From positions 1 to 38,738 of IMG/VR virus record IMGVR_UViG_3300037484_000300: a stretch of 38,738 bases of DNA; one strand, written 5' to 3'. The notes beneath the pieces were generated by a model. The model saw only the letters and a list, made by a program, of their open reading frames with translations. It was not told the DNA's origin and searched no databases. This stretch comes from a virus. Its lineage: Duplodnaviria > Caudoviricetes. Shown piece after piece: positions 26,206 to 34,282 of this stretch; position 1 is the first letter of the stretch, and each line of letters starts with the position of its first letter. A program made the translations under genes and the position numbers.

Positions 26206-27746
26206 TACCACCTCCTGTTTTCTTGCATTCTCTGAACTTTATTAAAGTTATTAGCCAATCTCTTAACTATAGCATCAGCTTCTGTGTTAGCGCTGCTTAT
26301 AAACCTATTAGGGATCATTTTGCTTATTAAAGCTAAATCTATGCCATCTGCGAGAGTGTCGGCTATATCATCAAATCTATGCGAATTATTAGCTGTGATC
26401 TTACGCATATGCTCTAAACACATTTGAGTATGTTTGCCATATCTTGGTAACGAGACTAATTTGGATGCTATATAAGGTTGCATAGCTAAGAATCTTGCTG
26501 TTTTATTAGTTGATCGTTCTATCTCTAATACTTCCAACCCTTGAGTATTCTTTAATATAGATACAAGAGTTACTCCTGTAGATTTCTTCTCAATAGCTGT
26601 TAGTCTAGGCTTAACAGGATACCTTAAACATCCGCTATAAAAGCTCATAAACTCAGAAAGCAGATCTTTAGGTTCTACCCTTAATTCTACACAGTCAATC
26701 CAATGCAATCCATATTTCTCAATATCAGATCCAGCTATATTAATTTTATATATTCCAAAAAAACTAAATACTGTAGCATCGTTATATGTCTTATCTGTTT
26801 CTGCTGTATCTGAAGTAATAAATGTAACCAATACTTTAGGTTCTTCATCTGTTAATACAAACCATTCTGGTTTAATAATACCACCACCTGCTGGCTGCGG
26901 GTTCTGCTGATATTGAGATGCAAATACATAAGGCTCTTGCTCTTTCATCTTAAGTAAGTCTTCAGTCGAATGTAATTCTGGGTATAGAGCATTATTATGC
27001 TCATCCAAAGCTGGTATGCTCAATACTTCCCATCCACCCTTTTTAATTAAATTAGATGGTAAATCATCTTCATGTAATCTCTGCCCTATAAAGATTATAG
27101 GAGTATCATTACCATTGTTTAACCTTGACTGCATAGTATTGTAGTACCAATCTATAATACCATTACGCATTGTATCGCTTGTTACCTCATCAGGTTTATG
27201 GATATCATCTATAACTACAGCGCCTCCAAATCTATTACATCCCATAACTCCAGCCCCCCTGCCAGTGATAGTGCCACCAGCACCGGCAGCATATACACTA
27301 CCACCTTTATCTAGCTCGAAATCATCTTTGGCGGAGCTATTATCGCTAACGATATGGCCTATTATTTTTCTATAATAAGGGGAATTAATAATATCTCTTA
27401 TATTTTGGGTTTGTTTCTTAGCTAAAGAATGGGAATAGGAAACATAGAGAAAATTGCTATCTGGAAATCTAGCTATAGCCCAAGCCACAAAGTGAATTAG
27501 TAAACTTGTTTTACCATATCTTGGTGGTATATTGATTATAAGTCTTTTAACATCTCCCTCAATTACCTTTACCAAAGCTCGACAGATAACATAGAAATGG
27601 GATTCTCTTCCGTCAGGACAACTTATTCTAAATTCTCTACCTGTTAATAGATTATAAAACGTCTGAGTAAATAGTAACAACGACCCTAGAAGCTGAGCTT
27701 TCCTATTTAATTTATCCTTTGTTTCTTTTGGTAGAAAGTTATTCAT
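26205..27746 (-). CDS. terL: Terminase large subunit
   Basis: Walker A NIPPRYGKT, Walker B VVIDD, QRLHEDD, QYQQNP, nuclease SDTA and FDDIADT. Confidence 0.95.
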   Translation of the reverse strand: MNNFLPKETKDKLNRKAQLLGSLLLFTQTFYNLLTGREFRISCPDGRESHFYVICRALVKVIEGDVKRLIINIPPRYGKTSLLIHFVAWAIARFPDSNFLYVSYSHSLAKKQTQNIRDIINSPYYRKIIGHIVSDNSSAKDDFELDKGGSVYAAGAGGTITGRGAGVMGCNRFGGAVVIDDIHKPDEVTSDTMRNGIIDWYYNTMQSRLNNGNDTPIIFIGQRLHEDDLPSNLIKKGGWEVLSIPALDEHNNALYPELHSTEDLLKMKEQEPYVFASQYQQNPQPAGGGIIKPEWFVLTDEEPKVLVTFITSDTAETDKTYNDATVFSFFGIYKINIAGSDIEKYGLHWIDCVELRVEPKDLLSEFMSFYSGCLRYPVKPRLTAIEKKSTGVTLVSILKNTQGLEVLEIERSTNKTARFLAMQPYIASKLVSLPRYGKHTQMCLEHMRKITANNSHRFDDIADTLADGIDLALISKMIPNRFISSANTEADAIVKRLANNFNKVQRMQENRRW

Positions 27747-28255
27747 TTGTTTTTTAAGAAAGATATTTCAAATAATAATATGCCTTTAGAATATGTCTCG
27801 CAATCATATGAAACCCTAAAAGTATTTGTATCTATACAGATATTTTGACCTAAATCATGCCCTCGCCATTTAACAAAAACAATAGGACTAGTAGAATTAT
27901 TCTTTTTAGGTGTTAAATTTAATTCAGAATATATTTCAGAAATAAAACATTCTATATATTTTTTAAATATTGGTATAAGTGGTGTTCGGCAATCAGCTAA
28001 TTTTTTAAGATCAACAGGAAAAAACTTAGTTAGCTCTTGGACTGAATCGGATGGGTTTAATTCCTCTTTTTTTTTAAAAATACAAGTAAAGCCATCATCT
28101 GTTAAAACATTAAATAAATATCTATTAGCTGAAAGAGCTATTCTTTCTACCACTGAATTAACGTTGCCCCAAGGATTTCCCAGATTAAGAAATTTTGTTA
28201 AGCGATCCTTTTTTACAACTCCTTTTAAATAATTAGAGGGTTTATCTTTTTTCAT
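27743..28255 (-). CDS. Hypothetical protein (probable start 28255)
   Basis: AGGAG RBS before ATG 28255; the longer start overlaps the neighbour heavily. Confidence 0.65.
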   Translation of the reverse strand: MKKDKPSNYLKGVVKKDRLTKFLNLGNPWGNVNSVVERIALSANRYLFNVLTDDGFTCIFKKKEELNPSDSVQELTKFFPVDLKKLADCRTPLIPIFKKYIECFISEIYSELNLTPKKNNSTSPIVFVKWRGHDLGQNICIDTNTFRVSYDCETYSKGILLFEISFLKNK

Positions 28256-28628
28256 AAATACTCCTATATTGAGATGGCAAATCAAAAATAATATTACCAG
28301 TTTCACCATTTTCAAAGTCTGAAAACTTTTTGACTGTCGTTTTAGCTGCTTGTTCATGCAATATTTTTGTAAGATAAACCCTAGCTTTATATGTTTCACA
28401 GTTAGGAAAACATATTTTTCCTTGTTTAAATTCATAGTCTGAGTCCATATTAAGAACATCATTAATCAGCGTATAAATAGTTTTTTCTTTATCAGAAAGA
28501 GAATCAAAATATGCATTAATTTCTTCCGCTGATAAATTAATCAATTCCTCAAGCAGAGGTTTTGATTTAAAATCTTTCATAAAATCTTTAATTTCTTCTA
28601 AAGATTTAAATAGTTTATTTTCTTCCAT
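28242..28628 (-). CDS. Hypothetical protein
   Basis: ORF in operon; probable start MEENKLF. Confidence 0.65.
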   Translation of the reverse strand: MEENKLFKSLEEIKDFMKDFKSKPLLEELINLSAEEINAYFDSLSDKEKTIYTLINDVLNMDSDYEFKQGKICFPNCETYKARVYLTKILHEQAAKTTVKKFSDFENGETGNIIFDLPSQYRSIYEKR

Positions 28629-28639
28629 CAATATTCTTC

Positions 28640-28831
28640 TTAATAAAATAGCATGCAAGTTATAAATATAAATCCTGCTAATAGCATAGACAAACCTATT
28701 TTGCCTATTAAATTGCCACTAAACGCCATTAATATAGATCCGCCTACCATAAGACAAATAACTAATGGACCAAATATTCCTGTATGCATATGAGCAAAAT
28801 ATAAAAAATCTTTAATGCAGTTAATTATCAT
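28640..28831 (-). CDS. Small 2-TM membrane protein
   Basis: Two hydrophobic helices; TAATG coupling to terS. Confidence 0.6.
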   Translation of the reverse strand: MIINCIKDFLYFAHMHTGIFGPLVICLMVGGSILMAFSGNLIGKIGLSMLLAGFIFITCMLFY

Positions 28832-29310
28832 TAATACTCTCTCCTATATTTAGCCAATAGATCATCCATTACCTGTTTTAACTTTTCCATATCAGCATCT
28901 AGATTGAAATTTGCATTAACTCTTTTTTCTGCCGCATAATCGCCCTGCATGCGATTCATCTCCTGAATCGCAGCTATAGCAACCTTAATATACTCTAAAA
29001 CAATCCTAGCTTTTATAGGATCTGAATCGATAGGAGTATTATCTTGTGGTAAATATGTTTGTACTACATTAGCAAGCTTTCTGATTTTATATGCATAATC
29101 TATATGGGTTGTTTTGACGAAGTCTTTTTCTTTTTCTGCTATATAATTTTTAATATGATCGAATGTTAATAAGTTTGATGCTTGAGTATTTGCACTTCTC
29201 AATGAATAACCAGCTGCTTTTGCTGCTGCCGTACCGACTCTTCCATTTGCTAGATATTCTTCACAAAATATTTTTTGTCTTAATGTTAGAGCTTGCTCTT
29301 TCTTAGCCAT
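28831..29310 (-). CDS. terS: Terminase small subunit
   Basis: LTLRQKIFCEEYL...TAAAKAAGYS...ASNLL HTH signature. Confidence 0.9.
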   Translation of the reverse strand: MAKKEQALTLRQKIFCEEYLANGRVGTAAAKAAGYSLRSANTQASNLLTFDHIKNYIAEKEKDFVKTTHIDYAYKIRKLANVVQTYLPQDNTPIDSDPIKARIVLEYIKVAIAAIQEMNRMQGDYAAEKRVNANFNLDADMEKLKQVMDDLLAKYRREY

Positions 29311-29572
29311 TCTTCTTAGGACGCCCTTTCTTATTTGCCGTATTAATCATATCGGACATTTTGATTGGTTTCTTATCTTCGGCTACTGCTAATTCATCAG
29401 TAAACTTGGAAGTATGCGCTATATGTACTAAAGGTGTTTCTTTTACTTCTTCCTTCTCAACTATACCCTTACCCTTGCAGTACTCGCACTCATGCTCTAC
29501 GTAACCATCACCCATTCTAACCTTGCTGCCCTTACATACTGGACACGTCATCATCTCAGCCATATAATTCAC
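29303..29572 (-). CDS. DnaJ-type zinc-ribbon protein
   Basis: CPVCKGSK...CEYCKGKG; C-terminal KKGRPKK. Confidence 0.75.
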   Translation of the reverse strand: MNYMAEMMTCPVCKGSKVRMGDGYVEHECEYCKGKGIVEKEEVKETPLVHIAHTSKFTDELAVAEDKKPIKMSDMINTANKKGRPKKNG

Positions 29573-29575
29573 CTC

Positions 29576-30073
29576 TTATTTAATAACCTTTACTTCTACT
29601 TTATCTTTAAACCTGTTAGCTTCCAAGATAGGTAGATTAGCTTCTGTAGGTACATATATTGTACTATTATTGCCTTCGTGCAAGTTTTGTATCCATAGAT
29701 AGCGCAAGTATGATTCATTACCCTTTAAACTATCCCCAATGATCTTATTAGCTTGCGCAACACCTTTGGCTCTTTCCACTTCTGCACGAGCAAGTAATAC
29801 AGCAGACTCTTCTTTTGCTTTAGCTTCCCTTACTGCTATTTGTCTATTCCAATCTGCTTTAGCTAATTCTGCCTGTCCTTCTTTACCTTGAGACCAAACA
29901 CTATAGACTCTTACTCCAGCAGCTGTTCCCCAAACCATTCCTACTACTAATATACATGCTATTATACATGCTATTATCAGTTTAATTATAAAACCAAGTG
30001 ATATATCATCGTTATTATTGTCATATTTCATATTCTTCCCCTTATCTTGTTCCTCTAGTTGATCCCAATTCAT
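29576..30073 (-). CDS. SPFH/Band-7-like membrane protein
   Basis: TM helix then AEVERAKGVAQANKIIGDSLKGN...YVPTEANLPILEA. Confidence 0.75.
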   Translation of the reverse strand: MNWDQLEEQDKGKNMKYDNNNDDISLGFIIKLIIACIIACILVVGMVWGTAAGVRVYSVWSQGKEGQAELAKADWNRQIAVREAKAKEESAVLLARAEVERAKGVAQANKIIGDSLKGNESYLRYLWIQNLHEGNNSTIYVPTEANLPILEANRFKDKVEVKVIK

Positions 30074-30615
30074 TTGATAGCCTCCTCCATCAGTTTTATT
30101 AAAGCTTCCTCTTCCCTCTCTTTCTTGATAGCCTGCTCTGCTTCTTTAGTTGTTATTTCTTTCCTGATCTTTGTTATAGTATTTTCTAGATAAAGTAATA
30201 AAGTTTTAAATTTTGTGTTTGTAGGATCTATGACAAATTTCCATTCAATACAATATGTGCCAATAAGTAATTTATTGCTGATATCATTTGGTTTTACCCA
30301 AACATTTGTTAAACCATATTTTGTGTTTAATGAGCTCCCACATCCCTCAAAAATAATCTCTAATTTGTCAAGATAGCTCAAATTAAAAGTATCCGAAAAT
30401 TCGATAATTTTGCCATGCATAATACCTAATTGATACGCTTTCTGTAATTCAGGTATATATAAACAGTATTTACCTTCTTTATCTTCTTTCATATTTACTA
30501 TCGCAGAGATACCAGATACATCCCCCTCACATTGATAGATAAGACTATGACTATCAGTAGAGTCACCAATAGCAGATCCACCCATTAAATTAAAACCGAA
30601 TAGTTTTTTAAACAT
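30070..30615 (-). CDS. Hypothetical protein (probable start 30615)
   Basis: GAGG RBS before ATG 30615. Confidence 0.7.
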   Translation of the reverse strand: MFKKLFGFNLMGGSAIGDSTDSHSLIYQCEGDVSGISAIVNMKEDKEGKYCLYIPELQKAYQLGIMHGKIIEFSDTFNLSYLDKLEIIFEGCGSSLNTKYGLTNVWVKPNDISNKLLIGTYCIEWKFVIDPTNTKFKTLLLYLENTITKIRKEITTKEAEQAIKKEREEEALIKLMEEAIK

Positions 30616-30724
30616 TTGTACCTCTTCATATAAAAGCAGCATTCTTCCGTGTTTTGGAGCTTATCACCACCTATACAATTAAACTTAAAAAATATTATAT
30701 AAGCCGAATGCTGCTGTTGATAAT

Positions 30725-30753
30725 AGCATAGCATCATAAAGAATGGATGTCAA
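30725..30753 (-). promoter_or_regulatory. sigma70-like promoter
   Basis: TTGACA-17-TATGCT with TGn extension. Confidence 0.7.
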
Positions 30754-30858
30754 TGGAAACAGTAACTACTTGGATTTCTTACTTTTAGCCTTGGGAGATG
30801 CGTTGACCAACCCATGCTACAAAGGGCTTTTCGTCATATCCGTTCTTTTTTTACAGCA

Positions 30859-31128
30859 TCATTTTTTGTTGGTACTTTCTTTTTTGATTTTGGCATCAGC
30901 TATTTGATCCTGTCTAGTTTTACTCATCTTATTCGCACAACTCTTACATGGTTGTTGTAATAAACCAATTCCTTGTAACGCCTTACCTATAAGTCTTCTA
31001 CTTTTACACATAGGGCATGTTATAATTATCTCAGCTATCGATATACTCTTTAATATTTTGGCACTATTAATAGCATCTATATATGCCTGGGAATAATAAT
31101 ACTCACACTTTTTCTTCCCTTCTTCCAT
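30859..31128 (-). CDS. Zinc-ribbon protein, paralogue of 32577-32885
   Basis: CPMCKSRRLIGKALQGIGLLQQPCKSC. Confidence 0.7.
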   Translation of the reverse strand: MEEGKKKCEYYYSQAYIDAINSAKILKSISIAEIIITCPMCKSRRLIGKALQGIGLLQQPCKSCANKMSKTRQDQIADAKIKKESTNKK

Positions 31129-31418
31129 TATTTCTTCTTACGCTTCCTCTTCATCTTCTTTTCCATCTTGCTAAGCTCTTTGTAATACTCTGGAGACTCT
31201 GATAGATGAGCTTTAGCAATCTGTTTAGCTATCTTTTTATCGTTAGTATGTTCTTTTTCCAGTTTAGTACCTTTAGTAAGTTCTTTCTTATTGAACTTTT
31301 TATCAGGTATGTTACCTTTTTTTAATTTTATCTTAACCATATAATCCTTAGTATTTTTAGGCATACTTACTTCTACATCATCTATATCATTTATTCTATC
31401 ATAAGATATTACTATCAT
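31128..31418 (-). CDS. DUF5661-like phage protein
   Basis: ELTKGTKLEKEHT...AKQIAKAHLSESPEYYKEL motif. Confidence 0.7.
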   Translation of the reverse strand: MIVISYDRINDIDDVEVSMPKNTKDYMVKIKLKKGNIPDKKFNKKELTKGTKLEKEHTNDKKIAKQIAKAHLSESPEYYKELSKMEKKMKRKRKKK

Positions 31419-31597
31419 TTTTTCTTCTTTTTAGACTTACCAGCTTTAGAATAAGCTATTGCGACACTTTGCTTGATAGCAGCTTTCTTACTTTTCGGAG
31501 TACTAGTTCCTATCTTACCTTTCTTTTCATAAGTTTTGACTAATTCTTTGATGTTAGAGCTGATTGTCTTTTTCCCAGAACCTTTCTTAAGAGGCAT
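31415..31597 (-). CDS. Small basic phage protein (MPLKKG...SSNIKEL...VAIAYS type)
   Basis: AAGGAG RBS; motif common upstream of terminase genes. Confidence 0.75.
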   Translation of the reverse strand: MPLKKGSGKKTISSNIKELVKTYEKKGKIGTSTPKSKKAAIKQSVAIAYSKAGKSKKKKK

Positions 31598-31627
31598 TTC
31601 ATTTCTCCTTATCAATACATAGCCAAT

Positions 31628-31656
31628 ATAATACCTTTATGTTTTAGTAAGATCAA
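31628..31656 (-). promoter_or_regulatory. Promoter heading the late (packaging) operon
   Basis: TTGATC-17-TATTAT on the minus strand. Confidence 0.6.
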
Positions 31657-31807
31657 ACAACGGCTTTTTTAAATGGATGGCAATATGTTTATCTAATCGA
31701 CATATTCTCATAACATGCTTATTTTTTGTTATTTCTTAAACACATCAAAATCAACTATGCGATTCTATCAATGTTAAAATGAGTAAAATCAAAACTTAAT
31801 AAAACAC

Positions 31808-31836
31808 TTGACATATAATATCCATGACTCTATACT
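31808..31836 (+). promoter_or_regulatory. Strong sigma70 promoter
   Basis: TTGACA-17-TATACT; shares TAAAACACTTGACAT with the promoter at 35333. Confidence 0.8.
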
Positions 31837-31863
31837 TATATCGTAAACAAAGAGGAGGATTTC

Positions 31864-32022
31864 ATGATTGAAGTTATACTGTTAATAGTATTTTGGATCG
31901 GAGTATGCTGCTTGCTTAGCTGGTTTAAGCAAAGAGAGATCAAGAAAGAATATGCTGAAAAAATCAAAGAATGGGATAGAGAAACCAAAGAAATGATTAA
32001 ATTGGAAATGAGGGAAAAGTAA
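31864..32022 (+). CDS. Small single-TM protein (52 aa), not in ORF track
   Basis: GAGGAGG RBS; MIEVILLIVFWIGVCCLLSW. Confidence 0.75.
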   Translation: MIEVILLIVFWIGVCCLLSWFKQREIKKEYAEKIKEWDRETKEMIKLEMREK

Positions 32023-32085
32023 GTATGTCTTCATTAATTATATATTTAATAATTGCCTTAATAATAAGTTTTGGGTATTGAGGTT

Positions 32086-32547
32086 ATGAATAATTTAGCA
32101 GAATTAGACTGGATAAAAAATTGTCAAACACAAGATTTGGCGGAAAAGAGAGGATTCCCCGTGGAATGGTGGATGAAAAGTATAACTGGTGGTGGAGATA
32201 AAAACAGATTTAATCAATTACTTAAAGGGGAGATTATGAGTGATTTAGAAAGCGTGATAAAAGAACAAACTGATGCTTTAAATGAATTATCTGTGCAATG
32301 GGGTAATAATTTAAAAAGCTTGAAAGACAAAAGCGAGGAGCTTAAAAAAGATATCAAACGTCATGTTGGAGACGTTAAAGATTATGTAGGCAGATTGAAA
32401 GATGGGATAGATAAATTTAATGCCACTATTGATGACAAAAAATTTGCAGAGATAACTAACAATATTGTAAAGATCACGGAATGTTTGTGTAAAATTTCAG
32501 AACTAGAGAGCAAAGGTATTTTGGATAAAATAAAGAAAATTTTATAG
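32086..32547 (+). CDS. Coiled-coil hypothetical protein (possible second start at 32236)
   Basis: GAGG RBS before 32086; AAGGGGAG before the internal ATG. Confidence 0.65.
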   Translation: MNNLAELDWIKNCQTQDLAEKRGFPVEWWMKSITGGGDKNRFNQLLKGEIMSDLESVIKEQTDALNELSVQWGNNLKSLKDKSEELKKDIKRHVGDVKDYVGRLKDGIDKFNATIDDKKFAEITNNIVKITECLCKISELESKGILDKIKKIL

Positions 32548-32579
32548 AGAAACCAAAGAAATGATTAAGAGGAGTTTTG

Positions 32580-32885
32580 ATGAAAGATAATATACCAAGT
32601 TATGAAGAGTCAAAAAATATAAAACTAGGATTAAAGAATAAAGACATAACCGAAAAAGAGTTGTGTGATTTTAACGAGGTACGAAAATATAGTAAGCTTG
32701 ATTACAATAGGCTTACTAAAAATATCAAGGGTAAAAAGTTAAATATAATGTGTCCGTTTTGTAGAATTAAACGGTTAATAGGTATGCTTATACCAGGCGT
32801 TGGGCTATTGCAGCAGTCATGTGAGGGTTGTTTAAACTCTGCTGTTGAAAAAAGAAAAAACTTGCTGAAAGAAATGCAAAAATAA
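32580..32885 (+). CDS. Zinc-ribbon protein, paralogue of 30859-31128
   Basis: CPFCRIKRLIGMLIPGVGLLQQSCEGC; GAGGAG RBS. Confidence 0.75.
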   Translation: MKDNIPSYEESKNIKLGLKNKDITEKELCDFNEVRKYSKLDYNRLTKNIKGKKLNIMCPFCRIKRLIGMLIPGVGLLQQSCEGCLNSAVEKRKNLLKEMQK

Positions 32886-32939
32886 AAGCAAAGAAATAGA
32901 CTAGATCTAGAATAGCTATATCTTGAGCATCTATGCTAT

Positions 32940-33003
32940 TGCTAATTCTGCTAATCCATCATTGGAAATTAGCAGAATTAGCAGAATTAGCAGAATTAGC
33001 AGA
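32940..33003. repeat. 9-bp tandem repeat (AATTAGCAG x4) with an upstream inverted copy forming a long hairpin
   Basis: TGCTAATTCTGCTAAT at 32940-32955 is complementary to the ATTAGCAGA array; lies between convergent genes. Confidence 0.85.
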
Positions 33004-33127
33004 TAGTATTAAACTTAATTAATTTCACAACCTCTTCAAATCATCTACATTTGACTTTTACACCTTACCCTATAGAATCATACTGCCTATGGTATTATCT
33101 CTTTACCTTGATTATCTGATTAAGTAA

Positions 33128-33403
33128 TTACCCTGTATTTTGGTACATAAGTCTATTATTCTCTACTTTAACCTTGCTCTGAATGTATTTTACGATATTT
33201 TGTTGTGATAAGGTACAAAGATAGTCAAAGTCCTTAACTTCTGTGCTTTCAGCGCCAAACGTTCTACTAAGCCAATCTCTGTGTTTAATATTTATTAAAT
33301 TTTTGTTTCTAGAAGCATTAACTATCGCTAATTTCGCTCCACATTGCATACAAATACCTAAAGCGTTTAGTTCTCCTCCACATAAGCAGTTCATCTTAGC
33401 CAT
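33128..33403 (-). CDS. Zinc-finger hypothetical protein in the replication module
   Basis: CLCGG...CMQCG; extended -10 TGCTATAAT just upstream of the ATG. Confidence 0.7.
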   Translation of the reverse strand: MAKMNCLCGGELNALGICMQCGAKLAIVNASRNKNLINIKHRDWLSRTFGAESTEVKDFDYLCTLSQQNIVKYIQSKVKVENNRLMYQNTG

Positions 33404-33448
33404 GAGCCATTATAGCATGAACAAGGCTCCGAATATAAGGGCATATGG

Positions 33449-33591
33449 TATATATATATAAAGGACTACGGTTTCCGTAGTACAGAAATAATCAAAAATG
33501 ACCTGACTACTACGGTTTCCGTAGTACAGAAAACAAAATATTTACCTGACTACTACGGTTTCCGTAGTACGTTACTACGGTTTCCGTAGTA
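33449..33591. repeat. Putative replication origin: four palindromic iterons plus a (TA)n tract
   Basis: ACTACGGTTTCCGTAGT at 33465, 33509, 33552 and 33574 (spacing 44/43/22); TATATATATATA adjacent. Confidence 0.75.
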
Positions 33592-33669
33592 CAAAAATAA
33601 TCATTTTTAAACAGGTGGGTAGGTTATCGTAAAAGCCAAGAATAGCAACTCTTAGAATGGGTGGGGAGG

Positions 33670-34053
33670 TTATTTCTTCCAAAGATGAGAAGCAACGCGT
33701 TGAGCAGGAATATCTAATTTACCATCACAATCATCTATAGATAACCAAGTAACACCATATAAATTACATTTATTACGTCCTCCCTGACGTGTTCTAATAA
33801 TAAAGCCAGATTCTTCAAGCGTTCTTAATGTTTTAAAAAGAGTATCCTCGGACTTCCAACCGCGTTTAATCATATAAGACCAAGTACAACAAAAATCACC
33901 GTTATTAAAACCATTGTATTGTGCAAAAAGATCAAGTAAAAGCTTAACTTGATTGCCTGTAAGTATAGAATATTCTTTGCTCCCTACTAAGATATGCGTA
34001 GGAATAGAAGTAAACCTATATCCTAATTTGTTTATCGACTTACGCCTAGCCAT
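33670..34053 (-). CDS. Winged-HTH protein, putative replication initiator
   Basis: LLLDLFAQYNGFNNGD...TLFKTLRTLEESGFIIRTRQGG...LYGVTW; adjacent iterons. Confidence 0.7.
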   Translation of the reverse strand: MARRKSINKLGYRFTSIPTHILVGSKEYSILTGNQVKLLLDLFAQYNGFNNGDFCCTWSYMIKRGWKSEDTLFKTLRTLEESGFIIRTRQGGRNKCNLYGVTWLSIDDCDGKLDIPAQRVASHLWKK

Positions 34054-34073
34054 GTATAAACATATATCCTTAA

Positions 34074-34183
34074 TATAGCAAACCCCAACAATAACGTGGT
34101 AATAGCGTTAGCCAGGATGGCTAAAGAATCGTTATTGTCAGGAATTTGCTATAAATCATTATATATTTTATCCGCTATTACCA
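34074..34183 (-). ncRNA. Candidate structured cis-regulatory leader RNA (long stem, inner hairpin, pseudoknot)
   Basis: About 23-bp stem with G-U pairs valid only on the minus strand; TTAGCC/GGCTAA hairpin; 11-bp complement 34097-34107 / 34173-34183. Confidence 0.65.
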
Positions 34184-34192
34184 AAGAACCAT

Positions 34193-34220
34193 ATTATATA
34201 TTAAAATTTTCTTAAATCAA
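34193..34220 (-). promoter_or_regulatory. Promoter for the wHTH gene
   Basis: TTGATT-16-TATAAT on the minus strand. Confidence 0.6.
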
Positions 34221-34238
34221 TATTAAATAATGTAATGC

Positions 34239-34282
34239 GCTACTTTCAAGGGTGCAAATTGCTACCTCCAAGGGCGCAATTT
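34239..34282 (+). repeat. Two tandem 22-bp repeats (18/22 identical), candidate operators
   Basis: GCTACTTTCAAGGGTGCAAATT / GCTACCTCCAAGGGCGCAATTT between divergent promoters. Confidence 0.7.

Noticed and set aside
28256-28462. N-terminal extension of ORF 27743-28462
   Set aside because: Overlaps the neighbouring gene by over 200 bp; a clear RBS supports the start at 28255
30765-30850. tRNA, hammerhead ribozyme or riboswitch in this GC-richer intergenic stretch
   Set aside because: Some pairing is possible (AGCC/GGCU, UGGG/CCCA), but there is no TTC-loop cloverleaf and no CUGANGA core; it cannot be supported without a covariance search
33051-33078. Antisense promoter (TTGACT-16-TAGAAT) pointing toward the origin
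   Set aside because: Plausible, but such matches are common in AT-rich DNA and no downstream product is evident
33465-33590. Mini CRISPR array
   Set aside because: Repeats are only 17-19 bp, gaps are 5-27 bp and partly repeated, and there are no cas genes; helical phasing fits iterons better
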